Source of the DNA: an uncultured Pseudomonadota bacterium
GTDB taxonomy: Bacteria; Pseudomonadota; Alphaproteobacteria; Rs-D84
Assembly: GCA_949292385.1 (NCBI GenBank)
Contig: CASEZC010000010.1
Coordinates: 7,432-71,431, forward strand
Length of the DNA stretch: 64,000 nucleotides
Reading direction: 5' to 3'
Positions 19,190 to 27,357 of the stretch are shown here, one piece after another (the stretch's first letter is position 1; each line of letters opens with the position of its first letter). The position numbers and the translations under genes are program-made. The notes under the pieces were generated by a model that was not told where the DNA came from, did not search any database, and was given only the letters and a program-made list of their open reading frames with translations.

Positions 19190-19618
19190 ATGACCCAAGA
19201 AGAATTCTTACTTGAAATGAAAAAAAACGGTGCAACTTTTGCCCCTGCTTCATCTGGTCAATCAATAAATTTAGCAAACACCAAATTGCAACAAAATCAA
19301 TCTGCAATGCTGCCTGAATTTATGATAAATTTATATCAAAAAACAGGCGGAATAAATCTTGGTAACGGTTATATATTTGGTCCAAGCGAATTTTCTGTAG
19401 ACGGTAAATTCCCTGTTCCAGATTTATTAAAAGTAAACAAAGATTTTAATAAAAACATGCGTGGAAAAACGATATTCGGTCGCAACGATTTATTCTTTTT
19501 TGCGTTTGATTGCTTTGGCACATGTTTTATGCTGAACAATCTGACATTAAACCCATTAAAAAAGTATGATGATTGTTACAGAGCATTAACAGATTGTTTA
19601 ATTGCAGGAAAAAACTAA
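19190..19618 (+). CDS. SUKH-1 / SMI1-KNR4-like protein (immunity-protein-type fold)
   Basis: INLANTKLQQNQSAMLPEFMINLYQKTGG matches the SMI1/KNR4 consensus (I.e.e.kLg..LPedykefl.kyNGG); distal aromatic/Asp motif (RNDLFFFAFDCFGTCFMLN). Confidence 0.5.
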   Translation: MTQEEFLLEMKKNGATFAPASSGQSINLANTKLQQNQSAMLPEFMINLYQKTGGINLGNGYIFGPSEFSVDGKFPVPDLLKVNKDFNKNMRGKTIFGRNDLFFFAFDCFGTCFMLNNLTLNPLKKYDDCYRALTDCLIAGKN

Positions 19619-19620
19619 AC

Positions 19621-19839
19621 ATGAAAAAACTATCAGTATCTTTATCTGGCCATCAAACAAGTATATCATTAGAAAAAGAATTCATAGATTGCCTGCATGA
19701 ACTTGCGAACGAAAAGAAATGTTCTGTTGCATCAATAATATCAGAAATAGATTCTGCACGTAACCCAGACACAAATTTATCATCTGCAATACGTATATGG
19801 ATTTTAAAAGAAATACAAAATAAAAAAACCGCTATATAG
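19621..19839 (+). CDS. Small ribbon-helix-helix DNA-binding protein (alphaproteobacterial RHH_4-like family)
   Basis: MKKLSVSLSGHQTSISLEKEFIDCLHELANEKKCSVASIISEIDSARNPDTNLSSAIRIWILKEI matches the conserved S.SLSGH.TSISLE..F...L...A...G.S...LI..ID..R...NLSSA.R pattern. AGGA Shine-Dalgarno upstream; last gene of the operon. Confidence 0.6.
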   Translation: MKKLSVSLSGHQTSISLEKEFIDCLHELANEKKCSVASIISEIDSARNPDTNLSSAIRIWILKEIQNKKTAI

Positions 19840-19845
19840 CGGTTT
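19828..19845. terminator. Bidirectional rho-independent terminator (palindrome AACCGCTATATAGCGGTT)
   Basis: Perfect 18-nt palindrome flanked by an A-run (19822-19827) and TTTT (19846-19849). Lies between the RHH gene (+) stop and the ybeY-lnt (-) stop. Confidence 0.8.
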
Positions 19846-19852
19846 TCTGGTA

Positions 19853-21862
19853 TTATTTTAACTTATTAAACTTTCCCAAAGGCACACATAAAAATATAGA
19901 AAACAATAAAATTATAATCATCCACCCATCACGTCCGATAGTCCTATATACAGTATTATGCGCCCCCCAGACAAATCCATCCAAACAACCAGCCTGTCCA
20001 ACAGATAAGTAAGATATAATTTCCCCGTCAGACGAAATAAAAGCACTTATACCTGAATAATTGGCCCGCACAATCGGCATACCTGATTCTATTGCATATC
20101 TGCGAACCATATCAAGATGCTGATAAGTTCCAGGTGTATTACCAAACCAAGTATCATTAGTTATATTTATAATCATATCTGGGTTCCGCTGACTTGGAAT
20201 CAAGGAATCAGAAAAAATAATTTCATAACAAATGGCCGGTGCAAAAGCGAACGAACCTGTATTTAAATTTAAGCTCATAAGTTCCGCCCCTGCCCCCTTA
20301 GACAGTTGCCCAGGTGTCGGGATAATATCACCTAACGGTCTGTATTCGCCAAAAGGTACTAAATGCGATTTACTGTAAATCTTATTTATTTTTCCTGAAT
20401 CATCAGCAATAACCATAGAGTTAAACATCTTACCAGCAGAATAATATTGCGCCCCTATTATAACAGGTTTATTCAGGTATTCCGCAATCGGCATACTATC
20501 GCCATCTAAAACAACAAAAGGATATGATGTTTCTGGAAATACCAACAAATCAAAATCACCTGGTGCAGATGCAAGTTCAACCAAGTTTCTTATATTAATT
20601 TCAGCATTTCTCAAAGCCTCTTGTCTTGAATGAGTAGCTTTCTGTACGGCGCTTTCTGCCGGCTGCACGATACGAATAACATAATTATTATCTGATTGTA
20701 AATGCGCAGCTTGGATATTTTTATAACCAACAAACGCACCCAAAGCAAATAAGAAACAGAAGATAAAGAACACCGCCCAAGAAAGTTTTGACTTATAATT
20801 AGTCAGCAATTCTACGACGGCCGCCACTAATCCTATTGTTATAAAAGAAAGCCCCAATGCCCCCCACAACGACATAGAATTTGCAATTACTGGAAACGGC
20901 ATAAAAATATTAGCCACAGGGTTCCAAGGGAATCCCGTCAAAAACCATTCTCTCAACCACAAAACAAACGTCCAAAACGAAGCAAATAAAATCGGTCTAC
21001 ATGGCGGAAACGTGCACATACGTGAAATTAACACAAAAGGAATTGCGAATATAACCCCACCTAAAATTCCTATACCAAACAGTGCTGGAACAGTCCATAT
21101 TGCAAACTCAGCTGCAAGTTCTGGAACCACATATATAGAGTTTAAGACCCACCAAAACATCGCCATTGAATACGCAACACTAAAAGGCAAAATTCTTAAA
21201 AAAGATTTTATCCAACTTACCTTATTAGCACGCACAACAAATTTATAAGCAGCAGCAACAGCTATTAATGTTGCCCACCACATATTAAAAGGCGCAAATC
21301 CCAAAGAAGCTACAGCACCTAAAGCGAACAAAATAATATTTTGAAAAAGTCCATCTTCTTTTATTTTTATCTTTTTAAAAAATGATAAAAACTTACTTCC
21401 AGGACAACAAGAAGAATCGCTGCATATAGGCAAATCCGGCATATATGGATTTTTTATACCAAGTTTTTTTAATATTTTTATTTCTGTTTTTTCCATTACT
21501 TCTGCTTCGTCATCTTTTATATGATCATAACCTAATAGATGTAATATCCCATGAACAACCATATGTGCAGTATGTTCTTCAACAGAAATATTTAAATCTT
21601 TTGCTTCACGTTTTACTGTATCCAAAGAAATAAAAATATCACCCAACAAAATATCATCTTGCAATTCAAACGATAATACATTCGTAGCTTTATCAATACT
21701 ACGATAATCTTTATTCAGCTTATGAATTTCTTTATCATCAATTAACGTTATAGAAACTTCAGAGTTTTTATAATTCCTACCAACAACTGCATTTGCAATT
21801 TTTTCAAAATCAATTTTATACTTCTTCCAACGAGAATCTTGATAATTAATATAAACTTTCAT
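19853..21862 (-). CDS. ybeY-lnt: In-frame fusion (or same-frame overlap) of endoribonuclease YbeY (N-terminal, about 140 aa) with apolipoprotein N-acyltransferase Lnt (C-terminal, about 528 aa)
   Basis: Residues 1-140 carry the YbeY H..HG.LHL.GYDH motif (HMVVHGILHLLGYDH). From Met141 (coords 21442-21440, MPDLPI...) onward it is a multi-TM Lnt with a CN-hydrolase domain (E...K...C catalytic region, AICYEIIF). No stop codon separates the two parts. Confidence 0.75.
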   Translation of the reverse strand: MKVYINYQDSRWKKYKIDFEKIANAVVGRNYKNSEVSITLIDDKEIHKLNKDYRSIDKATNVLSFELQDDILLGDIFISLDTVKREAKDLNISVEEHTAHMVVHGILHLLGYDHIKDDEAEVMEKTEIKILKKLGIKNPYMPDLPICSDSSCCPGSKFLSFFKKIKIKEDGLFQNIILFALGAVASLGFAPFNMWWATLIAVAAAYKFVVRANKVSWIKSFLRILPFSVAYSMAMFWWVLNSIYVVPELAAEFAIWTVPALFGIGILGGVIFAIPFVLISRMCTFPPCRPILFASFWTFVLWLREWFLTGFPWNPVANIFMPFPVIANSMSLWGALGLSFITIGLVAAVVELLTNYKSKLSWAVFFIFCFLFALGAFVGYKNIQAAHLQSDNNYVIRIVQPAESAVQKATHSRQEALRNAEINIRNLVELASAPGDFDLLVFPETSYPFVVLDGDSMPIAEYLNKPVIIGAQYYSAGKMFNSMVIADDSGKINKIYSKSHLVPFGEYRPLGDIIPTPGQLSKGAGAELMSLNLNTGSFAFAPAICYEIIFSDSLIPSQRNPDMIINITNDTWFGNTPGTYQHLDMVRRYAIESGMPIVRANYSGISAFISSDGEIISYLSVGQAGCLDGFVWGAHNTVYRTIGRDGWMIIILLFSIFLCVPLGKFNKLK

Positions 21863-21873
21863 TTTTTATTTTC

Positions 21874-23784
21874 CTATATATCTTTAACGTTGTTCTTTAA
21901 CAAATTAACGATATCTTTTTCATTAGATTTTTTATTAACAATTTCCATTGCATCACTAAAAGACAAAGTTTTAGATTTCATTTTTTCTTTAAGTCTTTCT
22001 ACATCTTTTTTTACATTAAGATTTCCATTTGCAACAGACAATTCATAATTCTTTAAAGCCTTTTCCAAATCTCCGATTTGTTCGTATGCAAAACCAGCAT
22101 TATACTGAGCAGCCGCATACTGGCTTTTATCGCCAATTCTATGAAGAATTTCTTTAGCTTGATTTATAGCCTCTTGATACATACCAAGTTTATTATAAGT
22201 TGCAGCCAAGTCATTATATAATAACGCATTGTCTTTATGAACAGATATAAGTTCTTTATACTTGATTTCTGCCTTTTTATAATCTCCACTTTTATAACAA
22301 TTTAAAGCCTCTTCATATGCATCGGCATATTCTAGGGTGTAAGTACTTTTTTCTATTTTTTCTTGTTTTTTTGTTTGTCTGACTAAAGCTTTACCACTAA
22401 ACTCGCATTCCCCCATTTCACAATATGCCAAAACATCGGCTGGCAAATAATCTTTAACACATTTCCAATGTTTTATAGGACGACCATTCTTATCAATAGG
22501 ATTATTCAGCCACATTTTAAATTTTGCATAAGTATCCTTGTTAACTTTTCTATCACCGGATTTTCCAGTAAAGAAAGCTTCTTCTTTCTGTCCCATATAG
22601 CAAAAGAATTCATACATTCCATTTACCGGACAATTTAATAACATATCTGGTGTTATATCACCAGACAGCACTCCTGCCTCTAGCCAACGGCGCCAATATA
22701 GCCCCTTGCCACCGGCCAAGAAACCACCCAACTTATCCGACACGTCTGATTTTTTATCATACCCGAGCCACACCTTACCAAAACTAGTTGGCTTAACTAT
22801 CGGATATTTTTGAAACAACTTTATTACTAAATCATCAGGTACTGCATATCCATATTCTTTGTATATCCTTCTTAATTCAGTGAAACGATTCTTGACGTTT
22901 TTATCTTGTTTATTTTCTATCAATTTAGAATATGAATTATATATAATAGACCCCATTCCCAGGGCTTCTTTAGTATCATTCACATCTACATAATCACTTG
23001 CAACATCATAACAATATAAAACGAAATAAGTTTCACCCTCCTCTAAATGCCAACGTGCCAACTCATAGGCTTCTTCCGTAGTGATAGGTTTTGTTTTCAT
23101 AGTTACCCTTGAACCATCTTTTAGCATGGTAGAGCCAAAACCTATTGTAGGAATCCCCTTTGAATCAAGATAAGGTACATGCAGCCCAGTTTCAGGGTCC
23201 ACTTTAACGCCCTCTTTTGCAATTAAATCAGCAATAAGATAAGGTGTTATAGGACGCATTTTTTTCAAGAATTCCGCATATGTACCCTTTATTCGTTTAT
23301 TTTCTTCTCTGTCTTTTCGCCACTCTTTATAAGCATCTACTGCCAAAGGCCCTTTTTCAACGGCTGCCTTTCCTCCAAACCCTAAAACCCCTAACAGCAT
23401 ATACCACGATACATACGCAGATAAATTAGGATTACTTTTAGAAAAGCGTCTTAAAGTCTGAGATTGAAATTTTTTCTTTTCGTTTAAATTTATTTTCTTA
23501 TTTTTTTCTTCAAGCTTTCTTAAAAAGACATTATCCAAAGCCAACCATCTGGCCATAGTTAGTAAAAACTGCGCACCGCCAGCAGTCAACCAAGCTGCCC
23601 CTTTTGCAGTTTCCAAACCTACCAACATTGCTGAATCTTTATAAGCAGCATATTTTTCGTCATCGCCCTTTTTCTGTCGTCTTTTTTTTACAAAATCTCG
23701 CGGGCTTTGCTTTTCTATAAGTTTACGTAATTTTTCTGCAAGTTGTTCAGGTTTAGCAACAGCCTTTCTAAAAGAATCTTTCAT
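21874..23784 (-). CDS. Membrane-anchored GH24 (T4-lysozyme-like) muramidase with a C-terminal TPR-repeat region
   Basis: 636 aa. Charged N-terminal segment of about 110 aa, one TM (YVSWYMLLGVLGFGG), then PETGLHVPYLDSKGIPTIGFGST, which aligns residue-for-residue with the T4 lysozyme E11-x8-D20-x5-T26 catalytic region ([21 protein letters not shown]). Cys-containing middle region; at least 3 TPR repeats near the C-terminus (YNKLGMYQEAINQAKEIL, AQYNAGFAYEQIGDLEKALKNYELS). AAGGA Shine-Dalgarno 8 nt upstream. Confidence 0.6.
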   Translation of the reverse strand: MKDSFRKAVAKPEQLAEKLRKLIEKQSPRDFVKKRRQKKGDDEKYAAYKDSAMLVGLETAKGAAWLTAGGAQFLLTMARWLALDNVFLRKLEEKNKKINLNEKKKFQSQTLRRFSKSNPNLSAYVSWYMLLGVLGFGGKAAVEKGPLAVDAYKEWRKDREENKRIKGTYAEFLKKMRPITPYLIADLIAKEGVKVDPETGLHVPYLDSKGIPTIGFGSTMLKDGSRVTMKTKPITTEEAYELARWHLEEGETYFVLYCYDVASDYVDVNDTKEALGMGSIIYNSYSKLIENKQDKNVKNRFTELRRIYKEYGYAVPDDLVIKLFQKYPIVKPTSFGKVWLGYDKKSDVSDKLGGFLAGGKGLYWRRWLEAGVLSGDITPDMLLNCPVNGMYEFFCYMGQKEEAFFTGKSGDRKVNKDTYAKFKMWLNNPIDKNGRPIKHWKCVKDYLPADVLAYCEMGECEFSGKALVRQTKKQEKIEKSTYTLEYADAYEEALNCYKSGDYKKAEIKYKELISVHKDNALLYNDLAATYNKLGMYQEAINQAKEILHRIGDKSQYAAAQYNAGFAYEQIGDLEKALKNYELSVANGNLNVKKDVERLKEKMKSKTLSFSDAMEIVNKKSNEKDIVNLLKNNVKDI

Positions 23785-23793
23785 GTTCGTTCC

Positions 23794-24156
23794 TTACTTT
23801 TTCCCAAGACCTGTTTTCTTAGCTATTTTTGATCTGCGTTCAGAATATTTAGGTGCAACAAAGGGATAATCATCTGGCAGTCCCCATTTTTCTCGATATT
23901 GCTCTGGTGTCATATTAAACTTTCTTTTCAAATACCGGCGCAACATAATGTGCCAAGTACCATCTTCCAAGCATTGAATTTTATCTGGTTGTACAGAATT
24001 TGCGATTTTTTGTGGGCTGATTGTTGTGCCACGCAAGCTTTCCCTGGCCTCTTTAACTGCTGCCTGCATAGAAAGCTTGGGATTATTAGCCATAGCTGCT
24101 GCTGCCAAGTTTGCAACAGCCAATGCAAACTCTGAATTTTTATTTTCACTTACCAA
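23794..24156 (-). CDS. mucR: Ros/MucR-family transcriptional regulator with a non-canonical (Cys-poor) zinc-finger region
   Basis: C-terminal TPEQYREKWGLPDDYPFVAPKYSERRSKIAKKTGLG is the Ros/MucR signature. The finger reads IQCLEDGTWHIMLRRYLKRK instead of CLECG...KRHL..HH, so the second Cys and two His positions are substituted. Confidence 0.7.
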   Translation of the reverse strand: MVSENKNSEFALAVANLAAAAMANNPKLSMQAAVKEARESLRGTTISPQKIANSVQPDKIQCLEDGTWHIMLRRYLKRKFNMTPEQYREKWGLPDDYPFVAPKYSERRSKIAKKTGLGKK

Positions 24157-24233
24157 TTGATAAACCTTTGTTTATTTAATACAATCAATTATATCACAAA
24201 TAAGTTATAAATAAAATCAAAGTAAAATCTAAT

Positions 24234-25514
24234 ATGAAAAACGAGAACAGACCTCTTGCCGACTTAATGCGCCCTTCAGTAATAGAAGACGTAGTCGGAC
24301 AAACACAATTACTTGGTGAAAACGGTCTTGTTCGTCGCATGGTAGATAACCATAAATTATCAAATCTTATATTATGGGGACCTCCAGGATGCGGAAAAAC
24401 TACCATTGCGCGCGCCCTTGCAAAATCCGTTGACATGGACTTCGTTCCAATGTCCGCTGTATTTTCCGGCACGTCAGATATAAAGAAAGCAATGGAAGCA
24501 GCAAAAATGAATCGCGAAATCGGCAGAAACACTTTGCTGTTCATAGATGAAATACACAGATTTAATAAAACACAACAAGACACATTGTTGCCATATCTGG
24601 AAGACGGCACGGTTGTTTTTATGGGTGCAACGACAGAAAACCCAAGTTTTAATTTAAACAACGCGTTGCTTTCCCGCTGTCACGTTGGCGTATTACAACC
24701 ATTATCAACAGAAGATTTATTAACGTTAACACAACGTGCAGAAAAATTTTTAGATAAAAAATTACCACTGGATGATTCCGCAAGAATACACCTTGCAAAG
24801 ATGGCAGACGGCGATGCCCGCTTCTTATTAAATACAATAGAATATTTATTATCAGCAAATTTTAAAAAAGATTTAAGCCCAGACAAATTAGATGAAGCAA
24901 TACAAAAGCGTTCACCCCTATCTGACAAACATGGTGACGAACACTATAATCTAATATCAGCCGTGCATAAATCACTTCGCGCCAGCGATACGGATGCAGC
25001 TTTATATTGGACTGCCAGAATGATGACATCTGGTCAAGACCCAATGTATTTATTTCGCAGACTCAGTAGATTTGCAATGGAAGACATAGGACTTGCAGAC
25101 CCAAACGCTATGCAAATGGCATTAACTGCATGGCAGCTTTATGAAAGAATGGGCAGCCCCGAAGGCGACCTTGCGCTGACAGAACTTGTAATATACCTTG
25201 GCACCGCACCGAAAAGCACAGCTAATTATCGCGCACAAAAAGCTGCATATCAAGCAGCCCAAGAAACAGGTAGCTTAATGCCACCAAAGAACATATTAAA
25301 CGCCCCAACAAAAATGATGAAAGAATTAGGCTATGGCGCAGGATACATTTACGAACCAGATACAAAATCCGGTTTCAGCGGTCAAAACTGCTTTCCAGAA
25401 AAAATGGAAAGACAGACGTTTTACCAACCAATAGAACGTGGCTTTGAACGAGAAATAAAAAAGCGCCTAGAATACTGGAATTCGTTAAGAAAAAAATTGA
25501 ACAAAAATAATTAA
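24234..25514 (+). CDS. rarA: Replication-associated recombination protein A (RarA/MgsA AAA+ ATPase)
   Basis: Walker A GPPGCGKTT, AAA+ and MgsA C-terminal domains. Confidence 0.9.
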   Translation: MKNENRPLADLMRPSVIEDVVGQTQLLGENGLVRRMVDNHKLSNLILWGPPGCGKTTIARALAKSVDMDFVPMSAVFSGTSDIKKAMEAAKMNREIGRNTLLFIDEIHRFNKTQQDTLLPYLEDGTVVFMGATTENPSFNLNNALLSRCHVGVLQPLSTEDLLTLTQRAEKFLDKKLPLDDSARIHLAKMADGDARFLLNTIEYLLSANFKKDLSPDKLDEAIQKRSPLSDKHGDEHYNLISAVHKSLRASDTDAALYWTARMMTSGQDPMYLFRRLSRFAMEDIGLADPNAMQMALTAWQLYERMGSPEGDLALTELVIYLGTAPKSTANYRAQKAAYQAAQETGSLMPPKNILNAPTKMMKELGYGAGYIYEPDTKSGFSGQNCFPEKMERQTFYQPIERGFEREIKKRLEYWNSLRKKLNKNN

Positions 25515-26476
25515 CGTACTTTTGCTGAATTCAATTCATTCAACATATTTGTTACGTTTTTCAAATTGTCCGTAACCCCAGCAACACAACCAACATTAGC
25601 CCTATTAATCAAACCAGTTAAAACTTTTCCAGGTCCCAACTCATAGGCTTTCGTTATATTATATTCTGGAAATTTTTTCATTATTTCATACCAGCGAACA
25701 CCGTGCGTCATTTGATTTGCTAACGCATCTTTTACGTCTTGAGGATTATTCATAACGTTTGCTGTTTGGTTAGAAAACCAGTTTGTTTTAGGAGATTCTA
25801 CATTTATCGTTTCCAAACGTTTTCTTAATAAAATCTCTGCGTTCTGCATCAAAGCACAATGTGCAGGTATAGCGACATTTAAGCGTTTTGCAATCTTTGC
25901 GCCCTTCTCTTTTGCACGCGCGACAACGGCATCTAACGCTTCGTTCTGTCCACTGATAATAAATTGGTCAGCAGCATTATGATTAGAAATTGCGGCATAC
26001 CCATGACCCGTTGCAGCAAACAAAGTCTTTTCTACTTCTTCTTTTGGCAAGCCAACTACGCAAGCCATTCCACCACCCATTTGATTTGTCATAGACATAT
26101 AAGAAGAACGTGCTGACAGTAAATGTACTGAATCTTCAACAGACAAACTACCCGCACAACACAATGCAGAATATTGTCCCATAGAATGCCCAGCAATTGC
26201 ATAGCCAAGATCATACAAAGGCTTGTTATATTCATATTCTATGATTCTTGCGATAGAAACAGAATGCGCAAAAGTTCCCAGCGAAGTATATTCTGGTTTA
26301 TTCAATAAATCCTTTGGACCGTTAAAACAAGCATCAGCAATATCTTTATGAGAAATATCTGAAACTTGCTGGAAAGTATGTCTAACTACAGCAAAATTAT
26401 CAAATAAATCTTTTCCCATTCCAACGTACTGTGCCCCTTGTCCAGGGAAAACAAAAGCAATTTTTTCATTAAACAT
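25511..26476 (-). CDS. fabD: Malonyl-CoA:ACP transacylase
   Basis: FPGQGAQYVGMG and GHSMGQYSAL active-site serine motif. Confidence 0.9.
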   Translation of the reverse strand: MFNEKIAFVFPGQGAQYVGMGKDLFDNFAVVRHTFQQVSDISHKDIADACFNGPKDLLNKPEYTSLGTFAHSVSIARIIEYEYNKPLYDLGYAIAGHSMGQYSALCCAGSLSVEDSVHLLSARSSYMSMTNQMGGGMACVVGLPKEEVEKTLFAATGHGYAAISNHNAADQFIISGQNEALDAVVARAKEKGAKIAKRLNVAIPAHCALMQNAEILLRKRLETINVESPKTNWFSNQTANVMNNPQDVKDALANQMTHGVRWYEIMKKFPEYNITKAYELGPGKVLTGLINRANVGCVAGVTDNLKNVTNMLNELNSAKVR

Positions 26477-26520
26477 AGCTCGAAAACACTAACACAAAAA
26501 GTAAAAATGTCAACACAAAA

Positions 26521-26550
26521 AACTGCCTATTTAATAATAAATAAGCAGTT
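26521..26550. terminator. Terminator-like imperfect hairpin downstream of the OMP gene at 26568-27281
   Basis: AACTGCCTATTTA-ataa-TAAATAAGCAGTT (13-bp arms with 1 mismatch), flanked by A-run and T-run. Confidence 0.5.
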
Positions 26551-26567
26551 ATATTTTTAATTACTAA

Positions 26568-27281
26568 TTAGAACAAAATGTTTACTTTTGCACCAATTTG
26601 GAAATTATCACTTTCGAACTCATAGTCAAGATGACCGATATATTGAGTACGTCCGTATTGACGAATTACCTTTCCACCCAACCATTCTTGGTTATATTTT
26701 GGATTTGTGGCTTTACGTATCATAAAAGAAGTCCCCAGACGCCAATCTTGACTGACACGGAAATAAGCCTCTGGTTCAAAATCTATATAAGCCATTCCAC
26801 GAACGTCATCAAAAATCCAGCTAGATTTTATTGTTGCCGCCAACGTAAGCCCTGCCCACTGACGACCAAACCTATAACCAGCATAATAAGTAGAATCTGC
26901 AAAATAAGGTGTTCTTACATGAGAACTGCCACCAAACTTTAAACCGAACAAAACATCTGAAATGATTCTTGCACTGTTACCATCAGCTGTACTTACACGA
27001 TAAACACCGCCCAAATCTATACTAGAAAAACCATCTTCCGTACCATCAAAATCTTGCTGAAAATGAACGTTTGCAGCAATGGTTAATCTGTTATTTAATC
27101 CATAAGACACTGTCTGTCCAAGGCGCAAAATACTATCCCAATAAGTAAGAGATGTTTCTGATAAAAAATCTTCAAATCCTAACATATACAAAGGATCCGA
27201 AGTATCCCTATCTAAGACGTTAGCAAGCGCCCCATTGCAAAAAAAACAAGAAATTAAAAATACAGAAAAAAATTTGCGCAT
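26568..27281 (-). CDS. Outer-membrane beta-barrel protein, smaller paralog (signal peptide, C-terminal Phe)
   Basis: Start taken at MRKFFSVFLISCFFCNGALA (signal peptide); alternating amphipathic beta-strand pattern; ends ...GAKVNILF (aromatic C-terminus typical of BAM substrates). Confidence 0.6.
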   Translation of the reverse strand: MRKFFSVFLISCFFCNGALANVLDRDTSDPLYMLGFEDFLSETSLTYWDSILRLGQTVSYGLNNRLTIAANVHFQQDFDGTEDGFSSIDLGGVYRVSTADGNSARIISDVLFGLKFGGSSHVRTPYFADSTYYAGYRFGRQWAGLTLAATIKSSWIFDDVRGMAYIDFEPEAYFRVSQDWRLGTSFMIRKATNPKYNQEWLGGKVIRQYGRTQYIGHLDYEFESDNFQIGAKVNILF

Positions 27282-27317
27282 AATCCCTCTCCAACAAACC
27301 AAAGCACTAAAACATAT

Positions 27318-27343
27318 TAGAACTCTTGCCAACAAGAGTTCTA
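27318..27343. other. Perfect 11-bp-stem hairpin between the two tandem OMP genes
   Basis: TAGAACTCTTG-ccaa-CAAGAGTTCTA. No strong U-run on the OMP-sense strand, so it may be a partial terminator or attenuator between paralogs. Confidence 0.5.
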
Positions 27344-27357
27344 ATATTCGTATTCAA

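Noticed and set aside
21874-23784. Possibility that the GH24 lysozyme marks a prophage
   Set aside because: No capsid, terminase, integrase, holin or tail genes nearby. The protein has a bitopic membrane topology and TPR repeats unlike phage endolysins.
27318-27343. Considered calling the 11-bp hairpin a rho-independent terminator
   Set aside because: It lacks a convincing U-run on the OMP sense strand, so it is listed only as a stem-loop of uncertain function.
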